Part shown: positions 1-11,226 of the stretch, in pieces | Layout of the letters: every line of letters begins with the position of its first letter | How positions within the stretch are numbered: the stretch's first letter is position 1 | Assembly: GCA_001642005.1 (NCBI GenBank) | Contig: LWCA01000184.1 | Coordinates: 1 to 44,267 of the forward strand | Length of the DNA stretch: 44,267 bases | From: Intoshia linei | Taxonomy: Eukaryota > Animalia > Orthonectida | Direction of reading: 5' to 3' | Notes under the pieces: generated by a model | The model's input: only the letters and a program-made list of their open reading frames with translations | The model's database searches: none | What the model was told of the DNA's origin: nothing | Position numbers and translations under genes: made by a program

Positions 1-319
1 TTGTCGTATTTAAGCCTACTCCATAGTAAATTTCATCATATTAATAGATTATACAAAATAAATTATAAATTTGTATGTAAGTTTAGTTTTGACAATATAC
101 CCTTTTCGATTTTATTTACCGTTGCACCATTATGTGGCATTATCATTATGCATTTGTACTATTTATTAAATGTCATTTTAATCAAGAAATAATAGAATAT
201 TATGAAAATTATCATAGGAAATGTTTTCAAAAATACATTTGGACTTCTGATAAACTAAATATTATGGGAATAGATTTTATCATGATATTACGAAAATAAA
301 AAATTAACCAATGAAGTAT

Positions 320-420
320 AAAATTGTAACCGATTCAGCCGAAAGAGCCTTACAAAAATATAAACGATCATTAAATTTGTACACAAAAGAAGAAGAAATT
401 CAAAATACAGTGATGATTTT
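320..420 (+). mobile_element. Transposase relic, C-terminal catalytic segment of hATm-like type
   Basis: Translates KIVTDSAERALQKYKRSLNLYTKEEEIQNTVM, resembling the V.ND.AER motif also seen as VTNEICER in the 11227-14152 element; no intact ORF or ends found. Confidence 0.4.
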
Positions 421-1237
421 TAATACATTTTCATATAAATGCTTGGATTAATTACATTTCTGTTTATAATATATTTTGGGTTAAAATTTATAAAATCTTT
501 TATTTTGTTGGTATATTGCGTTGAGGATATATAAAATTTTGGTTGGATTATGACAATCTTAAGTCTCTTAAAAAAGTAGACTAAAATTTTTGAAATAATA
601 GACAAATTTCTACATTTAACACACCACAAACAAAAATGATAAATATAGCTATAATTTGAAAAATTTTTTTTTCTTATTATAAAATAACGTCAATGGTGCA
701 TGACGCAGTTTAACATTATTTATTAAAATATACAAAAATTATTAAATTTTCAACACAAACGAAGCATGAATTTAAGTTTTTGTAAAAAAAACTAAGAAAA
801 ACATGGTCCTAGAATAAATTTTTGTAAAATGGGAGCCTCATTTTTGTAAATTGAGAATTAAAAAATTATATTATTGAGTATCATAACTATTTTATGTGTT
901 AAATTTAAAACGTAAAATAAAAAGCATTAGAGAGGCGGTAAAGCTATATGACACTACCCAACGCTTGTGAAAAACAATTTAGGATTATAGGAAAATAATT
1001 TTTAAGATATTTAAGAGCAGGATACGTTCGGCTCTGGTTGTTTGACCTGTTAATGATGGTAAAATTGTCATGTTTGAGGGGTTCACAACTTAATTAAGAT
1101 AAAAAATTATTTGAGATACTGAGATTTACATTATAGATGTTCTCTATTTATATTTACATATATAATAATGTATAATTATTTTAATGTTTATTATTTTATT
1201 TAATTATATTATTTTTTGTATATTAATTTTTTATTAG

Positions 1238-4047
1238 ATTGATAGCCGTTACAATAAAGATACAGAGAGGGACGTAATTAATTGGATAGAATTATTAGTA
1301 GGTGTACAATTAAAAGCTGGAATGAGACACATTGAAGATTCTTTAAAAAATGGTCAAATATTGTTGAAGTATTATAATAATGTTAGGGTTATATTATACT
1401 GGAAATACTTTAGATTATGCAAAGTATTGCAAAATGGTAGTGATAATGTTAGTTCAAAACTAAAAAACATGAACATCAAAATAAATGACCAAAATGCTTC
1501 ACCTTTTAAACAGGTTATTAAATAATTTAAGGTTATATTTCTGTTTATAATCATGTGGTCTAATTTAATGATCAATGTGTGTCAATGTGTAAACTTTACA
1601 CTGTAAAGTAAAAGTTATTCAATATATACTTCTTTCTGTAACCATTTATTAAGAAAATTGACAGTCCCAGAAATTTGCATAGTCATGTTCAAAACCACAA
1701 ATTACTCATTATTTTGAAAAATTAAAAAAACTACTGTATACAGAATCCTAAAATTTAAAAAAAGCATAACAAATTCAGCATTTTCCAATTAACATGGAGA
1801 AAAATTTTCAATCTCAAATTAACGCCTTAATGGTTAAAAGGCACTTTATTTTTAACTTACTTATTTGATGGTAATTAAAAATATTGAATAATTAATGGTC
1901 TATCACAGGGGTTTCACAGTTTCATTATTGTGGAGCGGTAATCTGCTATAAAATTTCCTAACAAGGCCTAAGCTCGAAGATCCACTGCAGCATATCATTT
2001 TTTCAAAGCTTTACACACTTTTCCAGGAAAATCATCAAAATTCGGGGAATTTTTTTAACGGGTTTTTCCCGAACACAAATACTACATTTACGATTTATCT
2101 AAAATGTGCAATGCACATTGTGCATGCATTATTGTTTTATTGATGTCAATTATAATGAAATATTTTTTAGATGGAAAATATTGAATTATTTTTAACGTTT
2201 TGCAAATTCTACGGCGTAGACAATGTCAGTCTGTTTCAGACTGTAGATTTATACGAAGGACGAAATATGGCTCAAGTTATATCGTGTGTTGAAATGTTGG
2301 GAACAGAGGTATAAATATTATTATGGAGGGTTTACTTTTAGAATTACAATTAAAATAAAAAATTATGCAAAATGTGCATCCAGGAATGACACACACCTGG
2401 TCGTCTAACTGGAGATCACTGACAAAATTGTGTTGACGAGGAATGTGTTTGTATTTGTTAATGTCAGTTTTGTAAAATTTTAGTACTATATTCGTTACTT
2501 AACAAAATATATGCAAGATGAGTAGAATAAAAAATGAGCTGAATAACGATGAGTCGCATAATTCTATAAATTTTTCTTCTACAATAATGATTTCTCTAAC
2601 TCATAAAGTCACAATTTGAATCATTGAAATGGATTTTCACCGTTTTTATTTTAACAATGATTTTAGTTGATATAATGAAATCAAATGTAGTATAAAATTC
2701 TAAATAAAAGGGAAGCTTGTTTAAAAAAGACTCTAGACATTGGTTGTAATAATGTTAACTATGTTTATTAACCCTTTGAGTATATTTGTTATTTTAAAAT
2801 GAGATTTGTTGTAAAATTTAAAACAAGCTATGTGGAATTGTATTTTATTTATTACACCACATGTTTGCACTAATGTATGCTTTATAGGTACTTTAATGTG
2901 TTTAGGCTAAATTACAGAAGAAATTTGAAGCCAATAAATTTTAGATTGTTAATAATTTTTTTCCTTATACAAACTCTTTAAGTAAAATTTCCATTAAGTG
3001 CAATTTAGCACAATTTTTAAAAATGTACTGAATTCACATAGTCATTCTGTAACGCAATATTCTTAAAAATAAACTTAAATATTTCATACAATCTATAATA
3101 AATTTATATTCTTTAACCGCAATTGATATTTTTCTACATAATAATGAAAATTTGGAATTTAGATGCTGTCCAAATATTCAAATTTAACAAATGCAACAAA
3201 AATTAAAATTTTAAGTGTTTATTTCAAGTATTCTTTACTTGCACTGATTAAATTATTTTGAAATTTGCTTTGAGACTATACCGTCGATACTAATTTGATT
3301 TTAACATGTTAGTTTCTTCATCTTCACAGTAGTTAAAATCATTAAATTGGCTAGTGGCCATTCTTGATTGAGTTTACAAGTAAATAATGATCAATGATTT
3401 TAATTTATATACAGTGGTTTCTGTTCAATATGAATACTGTATAATATGCATTTACGCTTATATGAATTTAATGCAAATAACAGTTAGATTTGTATAGTAT
3501 TTATTATGAAAAATTTTTTTTAAATATCCGGTCCCATTGACATTCATATTGTACTGAAACCACTGTAGTTATAATTACCATTAAAATTATAATAATATTC
3601 TAAAAGGCCCAACGAAATCAATTTAAAGGAGAAACAATAGGACCAAAACCCATCGAAAAGCACATCGTAGAATTTACAAAAGAGCAAATGGAAATGGGAA
3701 AATCTATAATATCCCTACAATGTGGATCAAACAAAGGAGCCACTCAAAAAGGCTTATCAATGGGTGCTACTCGTACAATCATTACAGATAATGTTGGGGA
3801 AATGTCTAAGGATGGTTCCAATATTTTATCGTTACAAAGCGGAACAAATAAATTCGCTTCTCAAAGTGGCACATCCTTTGGTACGCAGCGTCAAATTATT
3901 GACATAGAAAGTCAAAAAAATAAAGCCAGCTCACAAGGTTCAAATATTATAGGCCTGCAAATGGGTAAACACAAAAAACAATCTGGTGTTGGTTCAGCAC
4001 AGAATCGTCAAATTGTATCTAAACAAAATCAAGAAGAATGGCTATAA
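1238..4047 (+). CDS. Calponin-like protein (CH domain + 3 calponin/CLIK repeats), 5'-partial
   Basis: Exons 1238-1368, 1414-1513, 2171-2308, 3607-4047 join in frame through GT-AG introns. CH motifs VINWIE, LKNGQILLKLC, PFKQMENIELFL, LFQTVDLYEGRNMAQV; repeats IISLQCGSNKGATQKG, ILSLQSGTNKFASQSG and a degenerate IIGLQMG. Start exon not identified. Confidence 0.92.
3412..3565. mobile_element. pogo/Tigger-like MITE (154 bp) in a calponin intron
   Basis: 24-bp TIRs cagtggtttctgttcaatatgaat / attcatattgtactgaaaccactg (2 mismatches), TA on both sides. Confidence 0.85.
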
Positions 4048-4392
4048 TTTATAAAAAATCAAAAATGAACATTTGTTCATTGAAAAGTGATTATAAACAT
4101 TATGAATAATAAAATTAAACAACAATTTAAGATTGGAATTGAAAATAAATTAAAAGTTATCACTGCTCATTGATGTTATAGCCAGAGATCCTCAATTTTT
4201 TTAAAATAGTCCCCTCCATAATTCTTAAAAAAATTGTAATACTTTTGTATGTTATTTTAGAACAATGATTCTTAACCGGTGTACCGCAAAGAAACCTGAC
4301 GTTATATTTAAGTTTTATAAAATTAGTGTGAATCTTTTACATTGACAATTATTTGATTAACATTTTGGGATTTACTATTTGATACTCTAATA

Positions 4393-5728
4393 TAGTCGGA
4401 CCTCGGATTGGGCACCATTTTTTGAAAAGTACCCCAAAAACGGGTTTTAGTAAGTTATCTAATTTTTCATTGAATATTTTAACTATTACAATACATTACG
4501 ATATTATGTTTGTTTCTATTAGAGTCCAACACTGTTTAGGCCAGTGGTTCCCAAAGTTGTCCACAGGAAATTATAGGTAGTCCACAAGAAAAATTTTAAA
4601 TAACATGAAGATAACCTTTTTTTAACAATAATAATAATACATTAGAATTGTATCGATCATTTATTATTATTATTCAACTAAATTAATTAAATTTAGTGAA
4701 CGTAAACATTATTTAATTAAAATGAAGTGAAAATTTACTGAATAACGTGAATAATTTTCACATGCGTTAAATTTTAATTTATGTAACGATTTAACTTAGT
4801 TCGATTGTAGTTTCCGGAATCGAACCTATCAAGCTCGTCGCCACTTCAAAAATGAAAAATAACCCATTAAAAAATTTTGTAAACGAATTTGGTCAAATTA
4901 TAATATCATATAACCCTATCCACCTTTTTAATACTCTTGAGTTGACATTTTCAATTTAACACTCAAATTAGTTGATATTCAAGAATTTTTTTAATGCTCA
5001 ATTTTATTAATTCAAGCATCCATTTTAAAAAAATTTCGTCGAGATCCTTCCACCGAGGGATATCGCATGCGGCAATGGTAATTCGCAATAAGTATGTTTG
5101 AAATTAAGATTTTTTTTAATTAGGCCATTAAAGCTACCTTGTAAAAATTAATTTAAAATTTTTGATTTAAGGAAGAATATATCATAAAAAATCAAAATAT
5201 TACCTTAGTGACGTGTTCAGGATTAAGAGCATTTTTTAAAAAAATTATGTGCTCCACACACATTTTTTTTGTGTGACAAGTGGTCCATAGTGGAAAAAGT
5301 TTGGGAACCACTGGTTTAGCCTGATATTTTCAAATAAATACCTGATAATCAAAATTTAATAAAAATCTCAAATCAAAGTTATGAATATTTTTGTAATTAT
5401 ATACTTAATTTTTAGAATTATAGTTACTTTTGAATCTAGAATAGTAATTAATTTATCAGATATTAAAATATAGGCATGAATGAAAAATTAATGAATTATA
5501 ATAAATACATATGAAAATGTATGTAAAATATTTAAATAAATATAATTTTAATTTAATGTCATCACTATAGGAATTATACTTATATATTTTATATTTACAA
5601 CATTTTTGCCCCAAAAGCGGGGTTAATTTCACATATATTACTGTGTCATCGATATAAATACAAAATATATATATAGATATATAAATTAACGTAATTCTGA
5701 AAAAGTGCCCCAAAGCGGGGTCGGACTG
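4393..5728. mobile_element. Non-autonomous Tc1/mariner-pogo-like element carrying a nested hAT MITE
   Basis: Degenerate TIRs tagtcggacctcggattgggcac / gtgccccaaagcggggtcggactg with TA flanks; ccccaaaa(a/g)cggg subterminal copies near 4432 and 5610. Confidence 0.6.
4542..5313. mobile_element. hAT (Charlie/Buster-type) non-autonomous element, 772 bp
   Basis: TIRs cagtggttcccaaa / tttgggaaccactg; 8-bp TSD gtttaggc / gtttagcc (7/8) with central TA. Confidence 0.88.
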
Positions 5729-5824
5729 TACTTTAATTTAAGGAGTATAATTTATATAGTAAATATTATGGTGAACACCAAAAATATCCGCATTTCTTCA
5801 TATTTATAATAATTAACGATCATA

Positions 5825-6110
5825 AAATTAAAAAAAAGATAATTCTGATACAGCTTATTCCAGTTGATATAATTACAAAATTTTAACTCCATAAATCAAC
5901 GCATTCCCGGTGTCATTAATTTTTAATATTTGATCAACCAATATTTTTCAAATGTTAGATTAAAATTAAAAATGCAAAAGTGAATAATCATCCTACAATT
6001 TCAAAAAAATGTGCACTAAATGTCTAAACATTTCCAATAAAGAAATATGGGTCGAAATTTATATAATTGATTCCATCGGATTTTTTTTCATTCTCAAATA
6101 CTCGTTTTGA
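5825..6110 (+). repeat. Internal fragment of the Helitron-like repeat family
   Basis: Collinear with 30500-30770 (attctgata..cagttgatata..acgcattcccggtg..aaccaatatttttcaaa..atcctacaattt..catttccaataaaga.atatgggt). Confidence 0.7.
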
Positions 6111-6234
6111 ATCAAATTTAAAACCACCAAAACTGTAAAATTGAAATTTTATCCGCTCATAAAATTATTTTGTTTTCATTTTCAAAATATTTTTTCTTTT
6201 TCAAAATTTCAAAACAGTTTTTTCATTTTAAAAA

Positions 6235-6720
6235 TTGAAATTCATGGGGAAAAGAACGTTTTTCAACGACGAATGGACAAAAAAATACGGGGTGGTTAGT
6301 CAAAACGACAAGGCTTTATGCATAATAGATGATTGTATGCAAACTCTCGTACGAGACTCGTACGTCATTAAAAGACATTTTCAAAATTCACACCACATTA
6401 CAAAATCTGATGAGGTGATTGGTAGACAAGTCAAAATTTATTTTGACCAACTCAAATCTACCATTAATTTACAAGTAGAAGAAGAAAAAAATTGGAAACG
6501 TATCATTGAAACGTCTCTGCTCCTTTCTATCTTTTCTATTTTTTATCTTTCATAACGTCGACAATTGAAACTTTCAGCTAACGATTCATAGACTTCTCAG
6601 ACATCAGCAAACTTTTTAAAATAGTGCGCGTCCCGCATTTATTGGAAAATTTGGATGATTATGAGTGTTTTAATTGGATTAGTTCAAATTTGGATTCCGA
6701 GCTCATTGACCTGAAAAAAC
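6235..6720 (+). pseudogene. hAT transposase remnant (GTF2IRD2/Buster-like N-terminal zinc-finger region)
   Basis: KRTFFNDEWTKKYGVVSQNDKALCIIDDC...IKRHFQNSH fits the F..EW...Y....K.LC..C...L.RH...H pattern; a later frame ends in ELIDLK. No catalytic core; stops and frameshifts present. Confidence 0.65.
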
Positions 6721-7926
6721 GTAGTTTATGTCAATAAATTTGCTTCAATTCTTTAATAGAGCTTCAATAAAATACATTAATGACGAATTATGCACATATA
6801 GTATAAATAAAATTATAAGTAAATAAACATTAGTTCAATTATATTACGGTATTTTTTAATGTGAAACCTGGCTGATGTTTTTGTAAATTTATGGTGAACA
6901 AACATTATAGTTAATGTTTATAACCTATTTGTCATGTCGTACGGCCATGGATTTTATCTAATTTCTAAATTCATGAAAAAATTAACACCCTAATACAGAT
7001 TACAGTACAATGCAATGTAGTTATGAAAATGATTAAATTTAGGAATTTCATTCTATTTTAATTTTAAATTGTATATACAATCGTATGTGCATTGTATTTT
7101 CACTTTATAAAAAATTAATTGTTAATTAGTTTTTTAATTTTTTAATTAATTTCTATACGGTCCAATTATTTTTGGAGATATTAACGAAATAGTCAACTCA
7201 ATTAGTCCAGACTGGTTAAATATTTGGTATATACACGTGTATTGTATGTTATAATAAAAATATACTGCATTAATAGAAATGCATTTAAAACAATCTTTAA
7301 AGTTTGCAAACAATATGTAGTATATAATCTACATCGCACAAAAATGTAACCATTTTTAACAATGTTTTTAATTTGAAATGATTGGACCTGGCGTATACTA
7401 TATTTTTTACAATTATTAGATTGGAATTTTGATAAAAAAGCATTCAAATTAAGAGAACAATAATCACGATAAAATGTTTAAACTTGAAGAATTTTGATTG
7501 AGAAATGACTTGAAATAAAATTTAATAATTAAGTGTGTTGATTTATACATTAAAGTGTCAATGATAAATTTAATAATTCATGAAAATAGCGGCACAATAA
7601 ATTTAGACATAGGGTGGATATAAATTTATATAAAAGTTTGAAGAATTAAATTGGGTCAATTCTATGCATCATTTGATATCTAATTTTTGAAATCAAATTG
7701 TTTACAAAAGTTTAAAATAGAAACAAAGTAACTACTACTGTAGTTGATTAACTATAAAAACGAATCAAGTAGAAGACAGGTAAACAGCGTGAATCCACGA
7801 TATCAACTAATAAAAATATTGTACAGCAACTATAAACATATAAATAAAATGTTGACTACATTTAATTACCAGTGGTGAAAACGTACATTACTACTGTACT
7901 CTAACATTGGCAAGAAAAAAATTTCA

Positions 7927-9459
7927 ATGAACATATCAATACCATATACCAGAGGCAAGTTTGATACCCGAAATTACACAAAAAGTGGTAAAATAAAGAA
8001 TGAATTGTATCGAAAACCTGAGAATGGATTAATCTTAGACAATGGAGAATCATCCATAGACATGGGTCGAACAAGCTTAGAAAACGAAATGGGTGTGTTA
8101 AATTTAAAAACGGATGTAAAAAATACAAATTCAAAAATAGATAGAGCTGCAGAAAGACAACAAAAGAATGAAAAAACATTAATAACAAAAAAAACCACTC
8201 AAAATTGCAACTTGAGTAACTTGTCTGGAGTAATCTGGATTGGTACCAATAAAAAAATTGCTGTATTAGTGCTGCAACCTGAAAATATTTTCAACAACGT
8301 CTACACCATTCGGGCTGGAGGAAGTTTCCATTACAAAATTCCGTTGACAGAAAACGTTGAATTTCCCAGTGATTCTTCGTCTCAATTGTACAATCAATCT
8401 GCAATCGAACGACAATTAGAATTTTTGCCAGCATTTCAAATGGGAATGACATTTAAAATATTGGGTTCCGATTGTCGATTAATTCGTCAAATTTTACTTA
8501 ATCATGGATTTAGTGAATTGTCAGCAACGTCTCAAAATCAAACTGAATTTAATATACTTTGGGCCGGAAATCATTTACGCTCATATACTTTGAGGAATTT
8601 GTTATCGTTTCAACGTGTAAATCACTTTCCAAAATCATATGAATTGACGAGAAAGGACAGACTTTTCAAAAACATTCAACGAATGCAACATACTAAAGGT
8701 TTTAGAAATTTTGATTTCATTCCAGTCAGTTTCATAATGCCCAACGAATATGCCGATTTCTGTTCTGTATTTACTAGAGAACGAGGTGTATGGATAGCCA
8801 AACCTGTTGCATCGAGTCGTGGTCGAGGCATTTATCTTGTAGCGCATCCAGATCAATTGAACCTTGAGGAGCATTCCATTGTTTCTAAATATATTAGCAA
8901 TCCATTGTTGATTGATGGATTTAAATTTGATTTAAGGTTATATTTGGCGGTAACTTCATATGACCCTTTAGTAGCTTATCTTTATGAAGAGGGGTTATCT
9001 CGGTTTGCGACTGTAAGGTTTGATCACAGTGTTAGATTCATTAAAAACGCCTGTATGCATTTAACAAATTATAGTATTAACAAAAAAAATCATGGATATG
9101 TACAAAATTCCGATGCCGACATTGAAGACGTAGGAAACAAATGGACATTGGGTGCATTACTTCGACATTTAAACAGTAATGGTGTCGACACTAAACAGTT
9201 AATATCAAAAATTGAAGATATTTTGGTACGGACCCTTTTAGCTGTTCAGGCTCCCATTTCTTCTGCTACAAAAATGTTTACTTGCCATCGTACCAATTGC
9301 TTTGAACTATATGGAGTCGATATTCTCATTGATAAAAATTTGAAACCGTGGCTGTTAGAAATTAATTTATCACCTTCTCTTAATTGTGATTCACCTTTAG
9401 ACCTGAAAGTTAAATCACACATGGTTTCGGATTTATTGACTTTATCTGGTAATATTTAA
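7927..9459 (+). CDS. TTLL5: Tubulin polyglutamylase TTLL5-like (TTL domain), probably 3'-incomplete
   Basis: 510-aa ORF with VNHFPKSYELTRKDRLFKNIQRMQH, WIAKPVASSRGRGIYL, KFDLRLY, YLYEEGLSRFAT, MHLTNYSINK, CFELYGVDILID, PWLLEINLSPSL, matching TTLL5 as I recall it. It ends exactly at the domain end with a likely donor G|gtaat at 9448/9449. Confidence 0.9.
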   Translation: MNISIPYTRGKFDTRNYTKSGKIKNELYRKPENGLILDNGESSIDMGRTSLENEMGVLNLKTDVKNTNSKIDRAAERQQKNEKTLITKKTTQNCNLSNLSGVIWIGTNKKIAVLVLQPENIFNNVYTIRAGGSFHYKIPLTENVEFPSDSSSQLYNQSAIERQLEFLPAFQMGMTFKILGSDCRLIRQILLNHGFSELSATSQNQTEFNILWAGNHLRSYTLRNLLSFQRVNHFPKSYELTRKDRLFKNIQRMQHTKGFRNFDFIPVSFIMPNEYADFCSVFTRERGVWIAKPVASSRGRGIYLVAHPDQLNLEEHSIVSKYISNPLLIDGFKFDLRLYLAVTSYDPLVAYLYEEGLSRFATVRFDHSVRFIKNACMHLTNYSINKKNHGYVQNSDADIEDVGNKWTLGALLRHLNSNGVDTKQLISKIEDILVRTLLAVQAPISSATKMFTCHRTNCFELYGVDILIDKNLKPWLLEINLSPSLNCDSPLDLKVKSHMVSDLLTLSGNI

Positions 9460-11226
9460 TTTTACCGGAACCCTATTAGACAAGTTCTAAAATGCATAAA
9501 AATGCAAAACGAAAGGTTTTAGTTAGGAGAACTTAATATTTTTAAACTATTTATTTACTATTATTCAAAATCCTACCATATAAAACTTTTAATGTCTCGG
9601 AAAATATCTGATAGTAGTTTTATGTCCCTTTGTTTTAGAATAAGGGTCGTAAAATGTGTCCATGGATACCTATAAGTAAAAGAAAATTTTTGAGATTATG
9701 AAGGAATTATTGGGACCGCGAAAATTTTATTTTTATTCTATGCAATTTAATATATTTAAATACAGACATATGGTTAATTTATTCACAAATGTTTATTTTA
9801 AAAGTTCAATGGCCCACGGGATTGCATATTAAAATTGACGTCTACGATAAAAAAGTTTGTTGACTCCGTGTTCCATACCAAAAATATTTTTTTGTTTAGC
9901 ATAACTTGGATTTGTTTTTAAAAATAAAAAAATGGAAGCAGACATGTAGGGAAAGTTTAAGTGCTCATTTAAGTGTATTTTATTATATTAATTATTCTTA
10001 TTGATTATTAGTTTACTGAAAAGGTTGCTAACCTTTGATTCGAAAACAACATAATAATTAAGTAGATAATCATAATATACAGCATATTGTATACGCATTG
10101 TAATATATTCGATATGAGTGTATCCAGCCTGTCTGGTATCGATGTGTACATATTTTTTAACACAATATTACAATCATGTTAGTTTTATCACTGGAAATAA
10201 TATTAATATTTTCGACTTTGGTTTTCTATTCGACACATCATCTTAATTACTTAATTAAGTAATCATTCGGCATCACGCTTTCAGTGAACTGTACATTAAT
10301 TTTTATTATTTAATTTTTTCGTGAAAATCCCGACAATTTTGTCTAGTGCATAATCACCTGTTACAAGGTCTTATGTAATATATTTAATAAAATAGATGTG
10401 TTTTATGAATTCAGTACAAGTTTGTTTCTATAAAATTATAACTTATATAATAATAATTATTAATACGTAATAATCAGTATGTCGGTGCTTTCAAAAAAGT
10501 TTCACTTGGCGACGCATCAATATAAAATAATGAAAATCGAATTGACCGTTAATATACAAGATTTTGAAATTGAAAATTATGATAATGTTGATGAAGTTAA
10601 AACTTTTTATCAGAATGTGTCGTTTTTATAATTTTAGGACGGGTTTGAATTTAAAAAAAGGAAAATTGGGATTTTGCCTTGAAGGACTCAATTTCTAAAA
10701 ATTAAATTTGCGATAAAACACAATCTTGAAAAACTATATTAAAAATATGGAATTTTTAAAACTTCTTTTCTTCTTTCATAAATAAACTAGAACAGACACA
10801 AATAAAAAAACTAATAGACATACATTTTTTACTATTTTACTTTACTTAACCCTTTGAGGAATGCATTACACATAGTGTTAATTTATTATGATAATTTCGC
10901 CTTGTAATTTTTACATCTGGGCAAAATTTATTAATTCAATTTAAAATTATTGCAATGATTGCATTTTACATGCATTGTGTAATTTATTATTTATTTTATC
11001 TTTCTTAATACAATTGTTTAAATAAATATTTAACCTTTATTACAAATATCTTTAATCCACACGTATTCACGGTAATTCATAAGCAGTGTCCCATAATTTA
11101 CTGAATATGAATCTACCGTCGCTTAACATATATAATATCAATTTACAATCAGTATCGGTTCTATAATACCACATAAAATACAAAAAAATTTCACTGCAGT
11201 AAGTACAATGTACGTCGAATATACAT

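Noticed and set aside
7901-8874. Minus-strand ORFs within TTLL5, and most other 60-95 aa ORFs in the track
   Set aside because: Antisense shadows or I/K/F/N/Y-rich chance ORFs in AT-rich DNA with no motifs.
10479-10631. 50-codon ORF containing FHLATHQY, resembling MUT FDLATHRGY
   Set aside because: Flanking residues do not match this highly conserved MUT region and no suitable splice sites frame it; probably coincidence.
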